29,930 bases of DNA from Nitrospinales bacterium. Lineage in GTDB: Bacteria > Nitrospinota > Nitrospinia > Nitrospinales > JAJDAT01. The notes below the pieces were generated by a model. It made no database searches and was not told where the DNA came from. It saw only the letters and a program-made list of their open reading frames with translations. Where the stretch lies: NCBI GenBank assembly GCA_046757665.1, contig JBHHYO010000031.1, forward strand, positions 1 through 29,930, in the 5' to 3' direction. Every line of letters starts with the position of its first letter. Position 1 is the first letter of the stretch. Made by a program: the position numbers and the translations under genes. Positions 17,981-26,513 of the stretch are shown here, piece after piece.

Positions 17981-18816
17981 GGGTCATTGCCTCCGGGCGT
18001 CCGGTTGCCTCCGGGCGTCCGGTACCCGTAGCGCCGGAAAATTTTCCGGCCCTCGGGTCCCAGGACGAATTGTGCGAATGCGCCGGCGCCTTGCGGGTTG
18101 CCGCCGTTTTTTACAATCAGGAAACTCTGGGCGATGGGGCGGTGCGATGCGGTGGGGATTTCCCAATAGGTGCCGGGATTTTTCATTTTTCCTCCCGCAA
18201 CCAGGGAAAGTGCAAGGATTCCCGCCTGCGCCGCGCCGGAGTCGACAAACTGCGCCGTCTGCGAAATGTTCTCGCCCATCACCAGCCGGTCCCGCACCTG
18301 TTCATAAACGCCGAAATGCCGCATCGCCTCCACCGCCGCCCGGCCGTACGGCGCGTGGCGCGGGTTGGCGATGGCGATTTTTTTGATCGCCGGACGCAAC
18401 AGCGCCGCGAACTTTTTCTCCCGGACGTTGGCCGCGAATCCCCTCGCCACCCAGAGCGCCATGGCGCCAAGGGCGTAAGCCGTGGTGTTGCTCCCCGGCG
18501 CCGCCAACCCCGACTCCTCCAGTCTCCGCGGATAACCGGAGTCCGCCGAAAAAAAGATGTCGTAGGGCGCGCCGTTGCGGATTTGACTGTAAAAGTTCCC
18601 CGACGAGCCGAAGGAGATTTTGACCGGCACGTCCGGATGTTGCCGGCGGAAACGGTCGACCATCTCCGCGAACGCGAATTGCGTGTTGGAGGCCGCCGCC
18701 ACCAGCGCCGGCGCCGCCCGCGCCGCCGGGGCAAACGCCAAGAGCGCCACAACGCCGGCCCACAAGAACAAAGCCGCCCGCGCCGCTGGAGTTATCATTC
18801 GTCTGTTCCGTTTCAT
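17977..18816 (-). CDS. modA: Molybdate ABC transporter periplasmic binding protein
   Basis: Signal peptide; AAASN, SFGSSG, GAPYDIFFSAD, IANPRHAPYGRAA, GENISQ. Confidence 0.95.
   Translation of the reverse strand: MKRNRRMITPAARAALFLWAGVVALLAFAPAARAAPALVAAASNTQFAFAEMVDRFRRQHPDVPVKISFGSSGNFYSQIRNGAPYDIFFSADSGYPRRLEESGLAAPGSNTTAYALGAMALWVARGFAANVREKKFAALLRPAIKKIAIANPRHAPYGRAAVEAMRHFGVYEQVRDRLVMGENISQTAQFVDSGAAQAGILALSLVAGGKMKNPGTYWEIPTASHRPIAQSFLIVKNGGNPQGAGAFAQFVLGPEGRKIFRRYGYRTPGGNRTPGGNDP
17987..18022. repeat. 18-bp tandem duplication at the modA 3' end
   Basis: TTGCCTCCGGGCGTCCGG x2, encoding RTPGGN twice. Confidence 0.85.
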
Positions 18817-18838
18817 CTTTTCCTCATAATCATCCGGG

Positions 18839-20053
18839 CTAAAAGCTTACCTGAAACCGGGTGAGAAAGGCGTCCACGCCGCCGACATCCCTTCCCTGCC
18901 CGTCATCCACGTTGCTGTGTACGTAATTGAACCTGACCGCCGTGTTCGGGTTGAGCCACCAGTTCAACCCGGCCGTGATGTCGTGCAATTTGCCGCCGGC
19001 GACCGAGCCGTCGTTCAGGTCGACAAAGGAATACCGCGCGGCGACCTGCCAGGCGCCTCTGCCGCCGTCCAGGAAATTGTTCCTCGGCCTTGTCCGCCCC
19101 CACACCCCGTGCCCGTAGGACCGCGTCTCGCCGGTCAACCAGTAACCCGCCTCCACGTACCCGGCGTCCAGGTTTGCGGCCGCGGCATTCCGGACGGTTA
19201 CATGCGCGAACTCGTATTCGCCTTGCACGTGCAGGGAGTTCCAGAGAACCGCGAATTCCGGACGCAACCCCCTCACGCCGTCCGACTCAACCGCGCCGGC
19301 GCCGGCCAGCCGGATGCCGTTGACGTGTTGCTCGGCGCGTTGCGAAAACTTCACCCGGCCGTCGTTGGGGTTGTTGAATTGAAAACCGAACCCCACATGG
19401 ACCAGCTTGCTCCTGTCGCCGTTTTGCCAGGGAACGGCGGTGACGCGCCCGGCAACATTGAGGTTGCCACCCGACAAAATTTCGGACGGTTTCTCCGATG
19501 GGCTTCCCTTGGCCAGGGAAACGGCCCAGGTCAGCCGGTCGTCCCGCGCCGAGTCATAAAGAACGAACCCCGGGTTGCGGAGTTTGGCGAACGTTTGCGC
19601 CAGCGACCGCTCCAGGAACGTCAGGTCGTTGCCGCCGGTCAGCGCATCCAGGGAATAGGGCCGCTTGAAATTTCCTGCCCGGAAATTGCCGAGGACGGGC
19701 AGTTTGCGTATGCCGATGTAAACGTCCTTGAACGTGGTGTCCCTCACAAAGTCGAAATCAATCTTGAAGACGATCCGGTCATACAACACTCCGGACAAGT
19801 ACCAGCGAATGCGGCGGAAGTCGGCCTCGTTTCTTTGTGCGCCGAATTTTTTGGCGACGGCCTTGTCGTCGCGGAACAATCCCCAGTCGACGTGGATGCG
19901 GCCGCCCGTTTTGAAACGGAACGTTCCGTCCGCCGAGTCGAGCCGCAGGCCGTCCTTGATATAGACGCGGTAATCCCTCGGCTCCGCCCGCGGGGACGGA
20001 GCAGAGAACAAGAACCACAACATACCGCCCAGCAGACCGGCAAGCAGTTTCAT
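18839..20053 (-). CDS. OprO/OprP-family anion-selective outer-membrane porin, first gene of the mod operon
   Basis: Signal peptide; GGRIHVD, FRRIR, GNFKRPYSL, FLERS, QGEY, GYWLTGE, GAWQVAARYS..DLND, GLNWWLN, FNY, terminal Phe (RFQVSF). Confidence 0.88.
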   Translation of the reverse strand: MKLLAGLLGGMLWFLFSAPSPRAEPRDYRVYIKDGLRLDSADGTFRFKTGGRIHVDWGLFRDDKAVAKKFGAQRNEADFRRIRWYLSGVLYDRIVFKIDFDFVRDTTFKDVYIGIRKLPVLGNFRAGNFKRPYSLDALTGGNDLTFLERSLAQTFAKLRNPGFVLYDSARDDRLTWAVSLAKGSPSEKPSEILSGGNLNVAGRVTAVPWQNGDRSKLVHVGFGFQFNNPNDGRVKFSQRAEQHVNGIRLAGAGAVESDGVRGLRPEFAVLWNSLHVQGEYEFAHVTVRNAAAANLDAGYVEAGYWLTGETRSYGHGVWGRTRPRNNFLDGGRGAWQVAARYSFVDLNDGSVAGGKLHDITAGLNWWLNPNTAVRFNYVHSNVDDGQGRDVGGVDAFLTRFQVSF

Positions 20054-20085
20054 GAATCGTTATATATCATAAAACATAACGATTC
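20054..20085. promoter_or_regulatory. ModE-type operator (Mo box)
   Basis: GA-ATCGTTATATA-TCATAA-AACATAACGAT-TC matches the ModE consensus ATCGNTATATA-N6-TATATANCGAT; 10-bp perfect outer arms; directly upstream of porin-modABC. Confidence 0.85.
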
Positions 20086-20111
20086 GTCAACCGGTTAAAG
20101 TGGCCGTTGCC

Positions 20112-20142
20112 CGCCCTGTCATGTTGAGCCTGTCGAAGGGCG
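20112..20142. repeat. REP-like intergenic element (GTCATG.TGAGCCTGTCGAAG type)
   Basis: CGCCC-TGTCATGTTGAGCCTGTCGAA-GGGCG resembles the widespread CCCTTCGACAGGCTCA repeat that translates as LSLSK; single copy in this window. Confidence 0.55.
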
Positions 20143-20176
20143 ACATTCCCCGGTTGCTTATTTTTGCAACGAAGTA

Positions 20177-21238
20177 CTATGGCGTCAGCTTGCCGATTTT
20201 GTTCTGGAACCGCCCGCGGAAATACATCCCCATTTCGGTGAACCAGACGTTGCCCTCAGCGTCCAGCGCGATGGCGTGCGGATGCGCCCCGCGGGTCGGG
20301 ATTTTGAACGTTTCCACCCCGTAAGCCGTGTTGGGTTTGGATTTCGCCAGTTCCAGCCGGCCCACGGCGTCGGCATGGTTGTCCACGAACCAGACCCGGC
20401 CGCGTTTGTCGTCCACCGCCAGGTCGTGGGGCGTTTTGGATTTTCTGCCGAGGGGGTATTCCACCACGCTGGGCGGGTTGCCTTTTGCAAAGTCCAGGCG
20501 CGCCAGTTTTTTGCCCTTGAACTGGGTGAACCAGATACTGCCGTCCGCCGCCCGGGTCATGCCATGCGGCACGGAGGTCTCCGGCGGCACGATGAGTTCC
20601 TCCACCTTGCCGGAAGCGATGTCGAGCCGGCCGATTTTGTTGGCGTATTGCCCCTTCCAAAACTTGCCGCCCTGGGTGTACCAGACCTGGCCGCCGGTCA
20701 GGACCAGGTCGTGAGGGTTGCCCTCGTTTACGGGAAATTCCTTGATTTCGCCGCTTGCCGGGGTCAGGCGGGCGACCTTGTTGGACTCAAACTCCAAAAA
20801 CCAGATGTTGCCGGCGTCGTCCTCCGCCAGGTTATGCGGTTCGCTGTTGGCGGTGGGGATGGGGTATTCCTTGATGTTGCCGGTTTTGGGGTCCAGCCGG
20901 CCGATTTTGTTCACCCCCCATTCCGAGAACCAGATACTGCCGTCACGGGCAACGAGGATGTACTGGGGCTTACTGCCGGGCTGGGGCAGGTCGTACTCGG
21001 TGATGCCCTTGACGGTGCCCGGCTCGGCCTCGCCGGGCGTCAGTTTGCCGATTTTGTTGCCGTTGATTTCCGTGAACCACAGGTTGCCTGCCGCGTCAAA
21101 CGCCAGGTCTCCGGGGGAGCTGTCCGGAGTGGGGGTGACGTATTCGAAGATGGTCGCGGCCCGGCCCGGAATCGTCGCCAACAGGATGACAATACACAGC
21201 GCGAAGCTTTGCCAGGCTTTCATGGGAATTTTCGCCAT
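20177..21238 (-). CDS. Secreted Vgb (virginiamycin B lyase)-like seven-bladed beta-propeller
   Basis: Signal peptide; seven repeats of P-x-x-[LIM]...G.[LIV]W[FY]...NKIG[KR]L; GGAGG RBS. Confidence 0.85.
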   Translation of the reverse strand: MAKIPMKAWQSFALCIVILLATIPGRAATIFEYVTPTPDSSPGDLAFDAAGNLWFTEINGNKIGKLTPGEAEPGTVKGITEYDLPQPGSKPQYILVARDGSIWFSEWGVNKIGRLDPKTGNIKEYPIPTANSEPHNLAEDDAGNIWFLEFESNKVARLTPASGEIKEFPVNEGNPHDLVLTGGQVWYTQGGKFWKGQYANKIGRLDIASGKVEELIVPPETSVPHGMTRAADGSIWFTQFKGKKLARLDFAKGNPPSVVEYPLGRKSKTPHDLAVDDKRGRVWFVDNHADAVGRLELAKSKPNTAYGVETFKIPTRGAHPHAIALDAEGNVWFTEMGMYFRGRFQNKIGKLTP

Positions 21239-21432
21239 GGCGTGTCCCTCCCTTTTTATTTTGTCTGGAATTCAGCTATTTTAAGCCCGCAAAACGGAGA
21301 AAGCAACACGCGGGGCTTCCTCCCGCCGCCCGGTTTTCGCTTGTGCGGAGCAATGATTTTTCATAGAATGGCGGTACGACTTGTGCCAGCCCATAGCCTT
21401 CTCTTGTTTTTTCATTATCACTTCAAGCGCTT

Positions 21433-22956
21433 ATGATCAAAACCACTATCAAAATTGAAGCCACCCTTGACCACAAAACCGATTGCCTGGCCATCCCCTG
21501 TACGCAAGAAAAAAAACCCGGCGGCGTATTGCGGGAACTCGACCAGGGGCTTGAGGGGGTCATCGGACGATCGTTTGAGGACAAGCGGTTTGAGGGCAAA
21601 GCCAATCAGACGCTTCTGCTGAATGTCGGGTCGGCGGCCCGGGCGGATTATATCCTGTTGGTCGGCGTCGGCAAGGCCGAGGAAGCGACGGCGGAGAAAC
21701 TGCGGCAAGCGGCGGGCACCGCGGCCCGGCTGGCGGAAAAGTCCCGGTTCAAAAAACTGTCCTTCACGCTCGCCGACGACAAGCTCGTCAAGGTCCTGAA
21801 ATCGGGCCGGAAGGGCGGTTATTACAACCTGACGCTTGCCGTGGCGGAGGGGGCCTACCTGAGCTTGTACCATTTCGATCATTATAAAAACGCCGACCCG
21901 GACGACGAGCCTTTTCGGCTGGGCGAGCTGATATTTCTGACGCCTTCGCGGGCGCGGCGGGCGGCGGCGGAGAAAGCCATCGACCGGGCGCGCAAGGTGG
22001 CCAAGGCGGTGACCGCGGCGCGCGACCTCGCCCTGCACCCCAGCAACACCGCCACGCCTGCTTTCCTTGCGGAAACCGCAAAAAAAATGGCCGCCAAAAC
22101 CGGCATCGTCTGCAAAGCGCTGGACGCCGGGGAAATGAAAAAACTCGGCATGGGCTCGCTTCTCGGAGTCGCCCAGGGCAGTCACCAGCCGCCGAAGTTC
22201 ATCATTCTCGAATATTTCGGCGGCAAAAAGAAACAGGCGCCGGTGGTCATCGTCGGCAAGGGAGTGACGTTCGACACCGGCGGCATCTCCCTGAAACCCG
22301 CCGCCGGCATGGGGGATATGAAAATGGACATGTGCGGCGGCGCGGTGACCCTGGGCGCCCTGCAAGCGGCGGCCAGCTTGAAGTTGCCGGTCAACGTCGT
22401 CGGCCTCGTGCCCGCCGTGGAAAACATGCCCGGCGGCTCGGCCATCAACCCGGGCGACGTGCTCCGCGGCATGTCGGGAAAAACCATCGAGGTGTTGAAC
22501 ACGGATGCCGAGGGACGGCTGATCCTCGCCGACGCGCTCACTTACGCGGCCCGCTACAAACCCAGGGCCGTGATCGACCTTGCCACCTTGACCGGCGCGT
22601 GCGTCGTCGCCCTGGGGCACCACGCGGGAGCCATCCTGGGCAACGATGCGCGGTTGATCGGCAAACTGATCCAATGCGGCATGGCCGCCGGGGAACGGGT
22701 CTGGGAACTGCCTCTTTGGGAGGAATACGAAAAAGCGGTGAAAAGCGACATCGCCGACCTGAAAAACATTTCAGCCTCCACCACGGGCGCGGGGACGATT
22801 ACCGGCGCCGCTTTCCTGAAAGCGTTTGCGGGCGACCAGCCCTGGGCTCATATTGATATCGCGGGGACATCCTGGTGCCGGGAGGACCAGCCTTATGTCC
22901 CCAAGGGGGCGACCGGGTTTGGCGTGCGATTGCTTCTGAACTATCTGGACCATTGA
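21433..22956 (+). CDS. pepA: Leucyl aminopeptidase (M17)
   Basis: VGKGVTFDTGGISLKP, MKMDMCG, ENMP, NTDAEGRLILAD, IDLATLTGA, WAHIDIAG, GATGFGVR. Confidence 0.96.
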   Translation: MIKTTIKIEATLDHKTDCLAIPCTQEKKPGGVLRELDQGLEGVIGRSFEDKRFEGKANQTLLLNVGSAARADYILLVGVGKAEEATAEKLRQAAGTAARLAEKSRFKKLSFTLADDKLVKVLKSGRKGGYYNLTLAVAEGAYLSLYHFDHYKNADPDDEPFRLGELIFLTPSRARRAAAEKAIDRARKVAKAVTAARDLALHPSNTATPAFLAETAKKMAAKTGIVCKALDAGEMKKLGMGSLLGVAQGSHQPPKFIILEYFGGKKKQAPVVIVGKGVTFDTGGISLKPAAGMGDMKMDMCGGAVTLGALQAAASLKLPVNVVGLVPAVENMPGGSAINPGDVLRGMSGKTIEVLNTDAEGRLILADALTYAARYKPRAVIDLATLTGACVVALGHHAGAILGNDARLIGKLIQCGMAAGERVWELPLWEEYEKAVKSDIADLKNISASTTGAGTITGAAFLKAFAGDQPWAHIDIAGTSWCREDQPYVPKGATGFGVRLLLNYLDH

Positions 22957-22983
22957 AAACCGCCGTCGGCCAACCGCTGAGCC

Positions 22984-23463
22984 ATGCAAAATATCATTCT
23001 CATGTTTATTCATGTCATGGCCGCCGCCGTCGGCGTGGGGAGTATCGCGTACTGCCTGTTTTTGTCCGCGGCCGCCAGGAAGGCTCCGGAACGCGACACG
23101 CCGCCGGAACAGTCCCTGGAATACAAAATGATGGACGTTCTGGCTCCCACCGTTCTCGCTTGCGTTTTTGTGCTGATCGGAACGGGCGTTTATTACCTGT
23201 TGGAAAATTATACCGACCAGGTCAACCTGAAACCGGGCTATTACAATGTGTTCGGCATGAAACTGTTGTTTGTGCTCGCCGTTTTCGGTCTCAGCCTGTA
23301 TCAGACGTTTGGACTGCGCTCGCGGATTTCCGACCTGGATTTGCGGCCGGAAAGCAAAAAACTGGTTGCCGGAACTCTGGAAACCATGGCCGCCGTCAGC
23401 CGGTATCTTCTGGTCACACTGGCCACCGCCGCGTTTTTCGGGATTTGGCTGGCCCGGTACTGA
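22984..23463 (+). CDS. Four-TM membrane protein, CopD/DUF4149-like
   Basis: FIHVMAAAVGVGS (H-x-x-A-A..G motif), LIGTG, MKLLFV; four hydrophobic segments. Confidence 0.7.
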   Translation: MQNIILMFIHVMAAAVGVGSIAYCLFLSAAARKAPERDTPPEQSLEYKMMDVLAPTVLACVFVLIGTGVYYLLENYTDQVNLKPGYYNVFGMKLLFVLAVFGLSLYQTFGLRSRISDLDLRPESKKLVAGTLETMAAVSRYLLVTLATAAFFGIWLARY

Positions 23464-23537
23464 CCGCGCGGCGGCCGGCGGTTGTTGCTCTGCCGACGGG
23501 GCGCCCCTTGTAACTTTTTTCGGAAAGGAAACCGGAC

Positions 23538-23825
23538 ATGCAAAATCAAAACTCCACCGACCCCGAAAAACCGCGGAACGAAACCCCCGCCGTGCCGCAT
23601 CAAACGCCTGCTCAGACAGACAAGCCCGCTCACCAACCGGTTGAAAGGGAGATCGATTTGAATGCGGTTTTCCCTGATGAAACAAACGATCTTAACGCTT
23701 TGTTTCCCGATGCCGACATGAAACGGTTCTTGAAAAAAATAGACCACAACAAAAAAGAAATTCAGAAGATGACGCAAAACTTTGCCGAAGCAGACAAGCC
23801 CGGCAAGGTCGAGCCGCGGTCATGA
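23538..23825 (+). CDS. Hypothetical protein (95 aa)
   Basis: AAGGA upstream of ATG; disordered N-terminus, LNAVFPD/LNALFPD internal repeat, short coiled coil. Confidence 0.6.
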   Translation: MQNQNSTDPEKPRNETPAVPHQTPAQTDKPAHQPVEREIDLNAVFPDETNDLNALFPDADMKRFLKKIDHNKKEIQKMTQNFAEADKPGKVEPRS

Positions 23826-23987
23826 GGCCGGCCCGGGCGGCGCGACAGGTTTTTTGGCCCCTGCCGCCGCCTGTCAGTTGTTAAAATATTTTGGTTGCCG
23901 TTTCAAATCGTTTATTATGAAGTCCTGCAGGATGGCCCGCCGGTTGCGGGCCGTGAACACTGTGACAATGATCCGGGTTATTGCAAT

Positions 23988-25028
23988 ATGAAAAAAGTAC
24001 GGGGAACGGATTCGGCTGATCACGCCTCGAATGCAGGCACCGATTCCAGGGAAGCCGCGCAAAAGATCGCCCGCCTGCTCCTGGTGTGTGCGGATGGCGT
24101 GCGTAAAGCGGTTCCGGAGAAGCACTCCCTGCATCCCCATTTGGAGGAGTTGTGCCAGGCGCTCCGCAAAACCGTGCCCGAAGGGACGGAAACCTCCCTG
24201 CGCCTGGCGGACGAACTGGCGGCCTATTTCAGGGACAAGAAAACGGAGGAAAAATGCCGGGACTTGGAAAAAGGCGAGTTCAAGGACGCGGTTCTCGGCT
24301 TGACGCAAACGATTAAGGAACTGGCCGATGCTTCCGGCGGGTTCGACAAAAACCTGGATCGGCAAATTAAAAAGATTCAAGATTCCGATAGCGCCAAGGA
24401 TATTTTGGTCATCAAGGATCAAATTGTAACCGAAGCCGGCAAAGCCCAGTCGGAGATCGTTTCTCTCAAGGACGAACTGGAGAAATACAAGCACATCGCC
24501 AATGACCTGACCCTGCGGCTGAAGCAGTCGGAGGCGAAAGCGTTGATCGACCCCCTGACCCAGGTATTTAACCGCAACGCCTACAATTTAAAAATCAAGC
24601 AAACGGTCAAGGAATTTGAGCGTTACAAGGACCCCAGCACTTTGATTGTAGCGGATATCGATTTTTTCAAACGGTTCAACGATACCTATGGACACCGGGC
24701 GGGGGACAAGATTTTGCGTTTCGTGGCGGCGACGATTGAAAAGACCATTCGAAAAACGGATCAGGTTTTCCGTTACGGCGGCGAGGAACTGGTCTTGTTG
24801 TTGCACAAGATTGACATGGAAAACTCCGTCAAGCTGGCGGAAAAAGTCCGCCAGAATGTAGAAGACGGTTCCGTGACCTTTGAGGGCCAGGAGTTGAGGG
24901 TGACCATCAGCCTCGGGGCCACGCCTTTCAAGGAAAATGACACCGAGGCCACGATTTTTCAAAGGGCCGACGCCGCGATGTATCGAGCGAAAAACAAGGG
25001 GCGCAACCGGGTGGAGGCGATCTTCTGA
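23988..25028 (+). CDS. Cytoplasmic diguanylate cyclase (coiled-coil + GGDEF)
   Basis: DPLTQVFNR, DIDFFKRFNDTYGHRAGD, RKTD I-site, RYGGEEL, TISLG, ADAAMYRAKNKGRN. Start uncertain. Confidence 0.92.
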   Translation: MKKVRGTDSADHASNAGTDSREAAQKIARLLLVCADGVRKAVPEKHSLHPHLEELCQALRKTVPEGTETSLRLADELAAYFRDKKTEEKCRDLEKGEFKDAVLGLTQTIKELADASGGFDKNLDRQIKKIQDSDSAKDILVIKDQIVTEAGKAQSEIVSLKDELEKYKHIANDLTLRLKQSEAKALIDPLTQVFNRNAYNLKIKQTVKEFERYKDPSTLIVADIDFFKRFNDTYGHRAGDKILRFVAATIEKTIRKTDQVFRYGGEELVLLLHKIDMENSVKLAEKVRQNVEDGSVTFEGQELRVTISLGATPFKENDTEATIFQRADAAMYRAKNKGRNRVEAIF

Positions 25029-25090
25029 AAACCCCCGGCGGATTCCCCTGCGGCGGCGCCATCCATCCGGCCTGGCACGCCCGTCAATAG

Positions 25091-25594
25091 ATGATCATTC
25101 CCTTTCAAGGCAAAATACCGGAGATCGCCGCCTCGGCGTTTATTGTCGACAGCGCCCAGGTGATCGGCGACGTGGTGATCGGCGAGCAAAGCGGCGTGTG
25201 GTTCAACGCCGTCATCCGCGGCGACGTCAATTATATCCGCATCGGCCGGCGGACGAATATCCAGGACGGTTGCGTGTTGCACGTCGCCCGGGAAACGTAT
25301 CCGCTCATCATCGAGGATGATGTGACGGTGGGGCACAACGTCACACTGCACGCCTGCACGGTGCGCCGCCGTTGCCTGATCGGCATGGGAGCCATCGTCA
25401 TGGATGGCGCGGAAGTAGGCGAGGAGTCCATCGTCGGCGCCGGAGCCCTGGTCACCGCGCAAACCGTTATCCCGCCTCAAAGCCTGGTCCTGGGCGCGCC
25501 CGCGAAAGTGAAACGGTCGTTGACCGAGGACGAGATCCGCGGCATCCGCGACTCCGCGGACCACTACGTCAACGATATAACAACCTATCTTTAA
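25091..25594 (+). CDS. Gamma-carbonic anhydrase family (YrdA/PaaY-like) hexapeptide protein
   Basis: IGDVVIG, RGDVNYIRIG..TNIQD..VLH, VTVGHNVTLHAC, LIGMGA, GAPAK. Confidence 0.93.
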   Translation: MIIPFQGKIPEIAASAFIVDSAQVIGDVVIGEQSGVWFNAVIRGDVNYIRIGRRTNIQDGCVLHVARETYPLIIEDDVTVGHNVTLHACTVRRRCLIGMGAIVMDGAEVGEESIVGAGALVTAQTVIPPQSLVLGAPAKVKRSLTEDEIRGIRDSADHYVNDITTYL

Positions 25595-25612
25595 CAGGCC
25601 GGCGTGACTTCC

Positions 25613-26488
25613 ATGAACGAACCCCTGGCGGTGATCGGCGGCAGTGGGGCATACCACCTCCTGCAATCCGGAGCTTTCGGCGACGAGGCCGAATGCCGGT
25701 GCGTCGAGACGCCTTTTGGGACAAGCGCGCCCATCCACCGGTTTGCCCTGGGCGAGCGGCGGTTTCTGTTTTTGTCGCGCCACGGCGAGGCGGATTATTC
25801 CATCACCGCGCCCTACGTCAACTACCGGGCGAACCTTTATGCCTTGAAGGAATGCGGCGTACAGCGCATCGTTTCGTGGTCGGGCCCGGGGATCATCAAT
25901 CCGGCCTTCCGTCCCGGCGAGTTTGTCCTGCCGCACGACATCATCGACGAAACGCGGCGGCGCGAGGCGACGTTTTTCAAGGGCCGGGGGCACGGGTTCA
26001 TCCGCCAGAACGAACCGTTTTGCCCGCAGATTCAAGGCATCCTCCACGAGACGCTACACGCCGCCGCCCTGCCGCATCGGCAACAGGGAGTGTATGTTTG
26101 CACCGAGGGGCCGCGGCTGGAGTCGCCGGCGGAAATCCGCAAATACCGGATCCTCGGCGCCGACCTGGTCGGCATGACCCTGGCGCCCGAAGCGTTTCTC
26201 GCCCGCGAACTGGAAATGTGCTACGCGCCGATCTGCTATCTGACCAACTTCGCCGAAGGCGTGACGCCGCGGGATTATGAAAAAGGCGCCTTGTTCGAGG
26301 GAATGCAAACCGCCGCCGAGGGCGCGCGGGTCGAGCAGGCCGTCAAACAGTTTCCCCGCATCCTCGGCGATTGCTGGCTGAGGCTGGCGGAGAAGGCGCG
26401 CGCCTGCAACTGCAAGGACGCCATGTTGCGTTACAAAAAAAAGGGCGTCCTCGGCGCGGACTGGCGCTCGTGGATCGGCGAGGTTTGA
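25613..26488 (+). CDS. MTAP/PNP-family nucleoside phosphorylase, probably 6-oxopurine specific (methylthioinosine phosphorylase-like)
   Basis: VIGGSG, ETPFG, LSRHG, VNYRAN, EGPRLES.AEI, DLVGMT..PEA.LARE, TNFAEG. Alternative GTG start 25604. Confidence 0.88.
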   Translation: MNEPLAVIGGSGAYHLLQSGAFGDEAECRCVETPFGTSAPIHRFALGERRFLFLSRHGEADYSITAPYVNYRANLYALKECGVQRIVSWSGPGIINPAFRPGEFVLPHDIIDETRRREATFFKGRGHGFIRQNEPFCPQIQGILHETLHAAALPHRQQGVYVCTEGPRLESPAEIRKYRILGADLVGMTLAPEAFLARELEMCYAPICYLTNFAEGVTPRDYEKGALFEGMQTAAEGARVEQAVKQFPRILGDCWLRLAEKARACNCKDAMLRYKKKGVLGADWRSWIGEV

Positions 26489-26513
26489 GCCCGGGGGAAA
26501 GGAAAAGTTCGTT

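Noticed and set aside
17987-18022. 18-bp duplication as a functional repeat
   Set aside because: Only two copies, in frame, in the variable C-terminal tail of ModA; likely slippage.
20177-21238. Calling the propeller a streptogramin resistance gene or a nitrous oxide reductase
   Set aside because: A signal peptide and generic repeats do not support a resistance call; there is no CuA domain or nos accessory gene.
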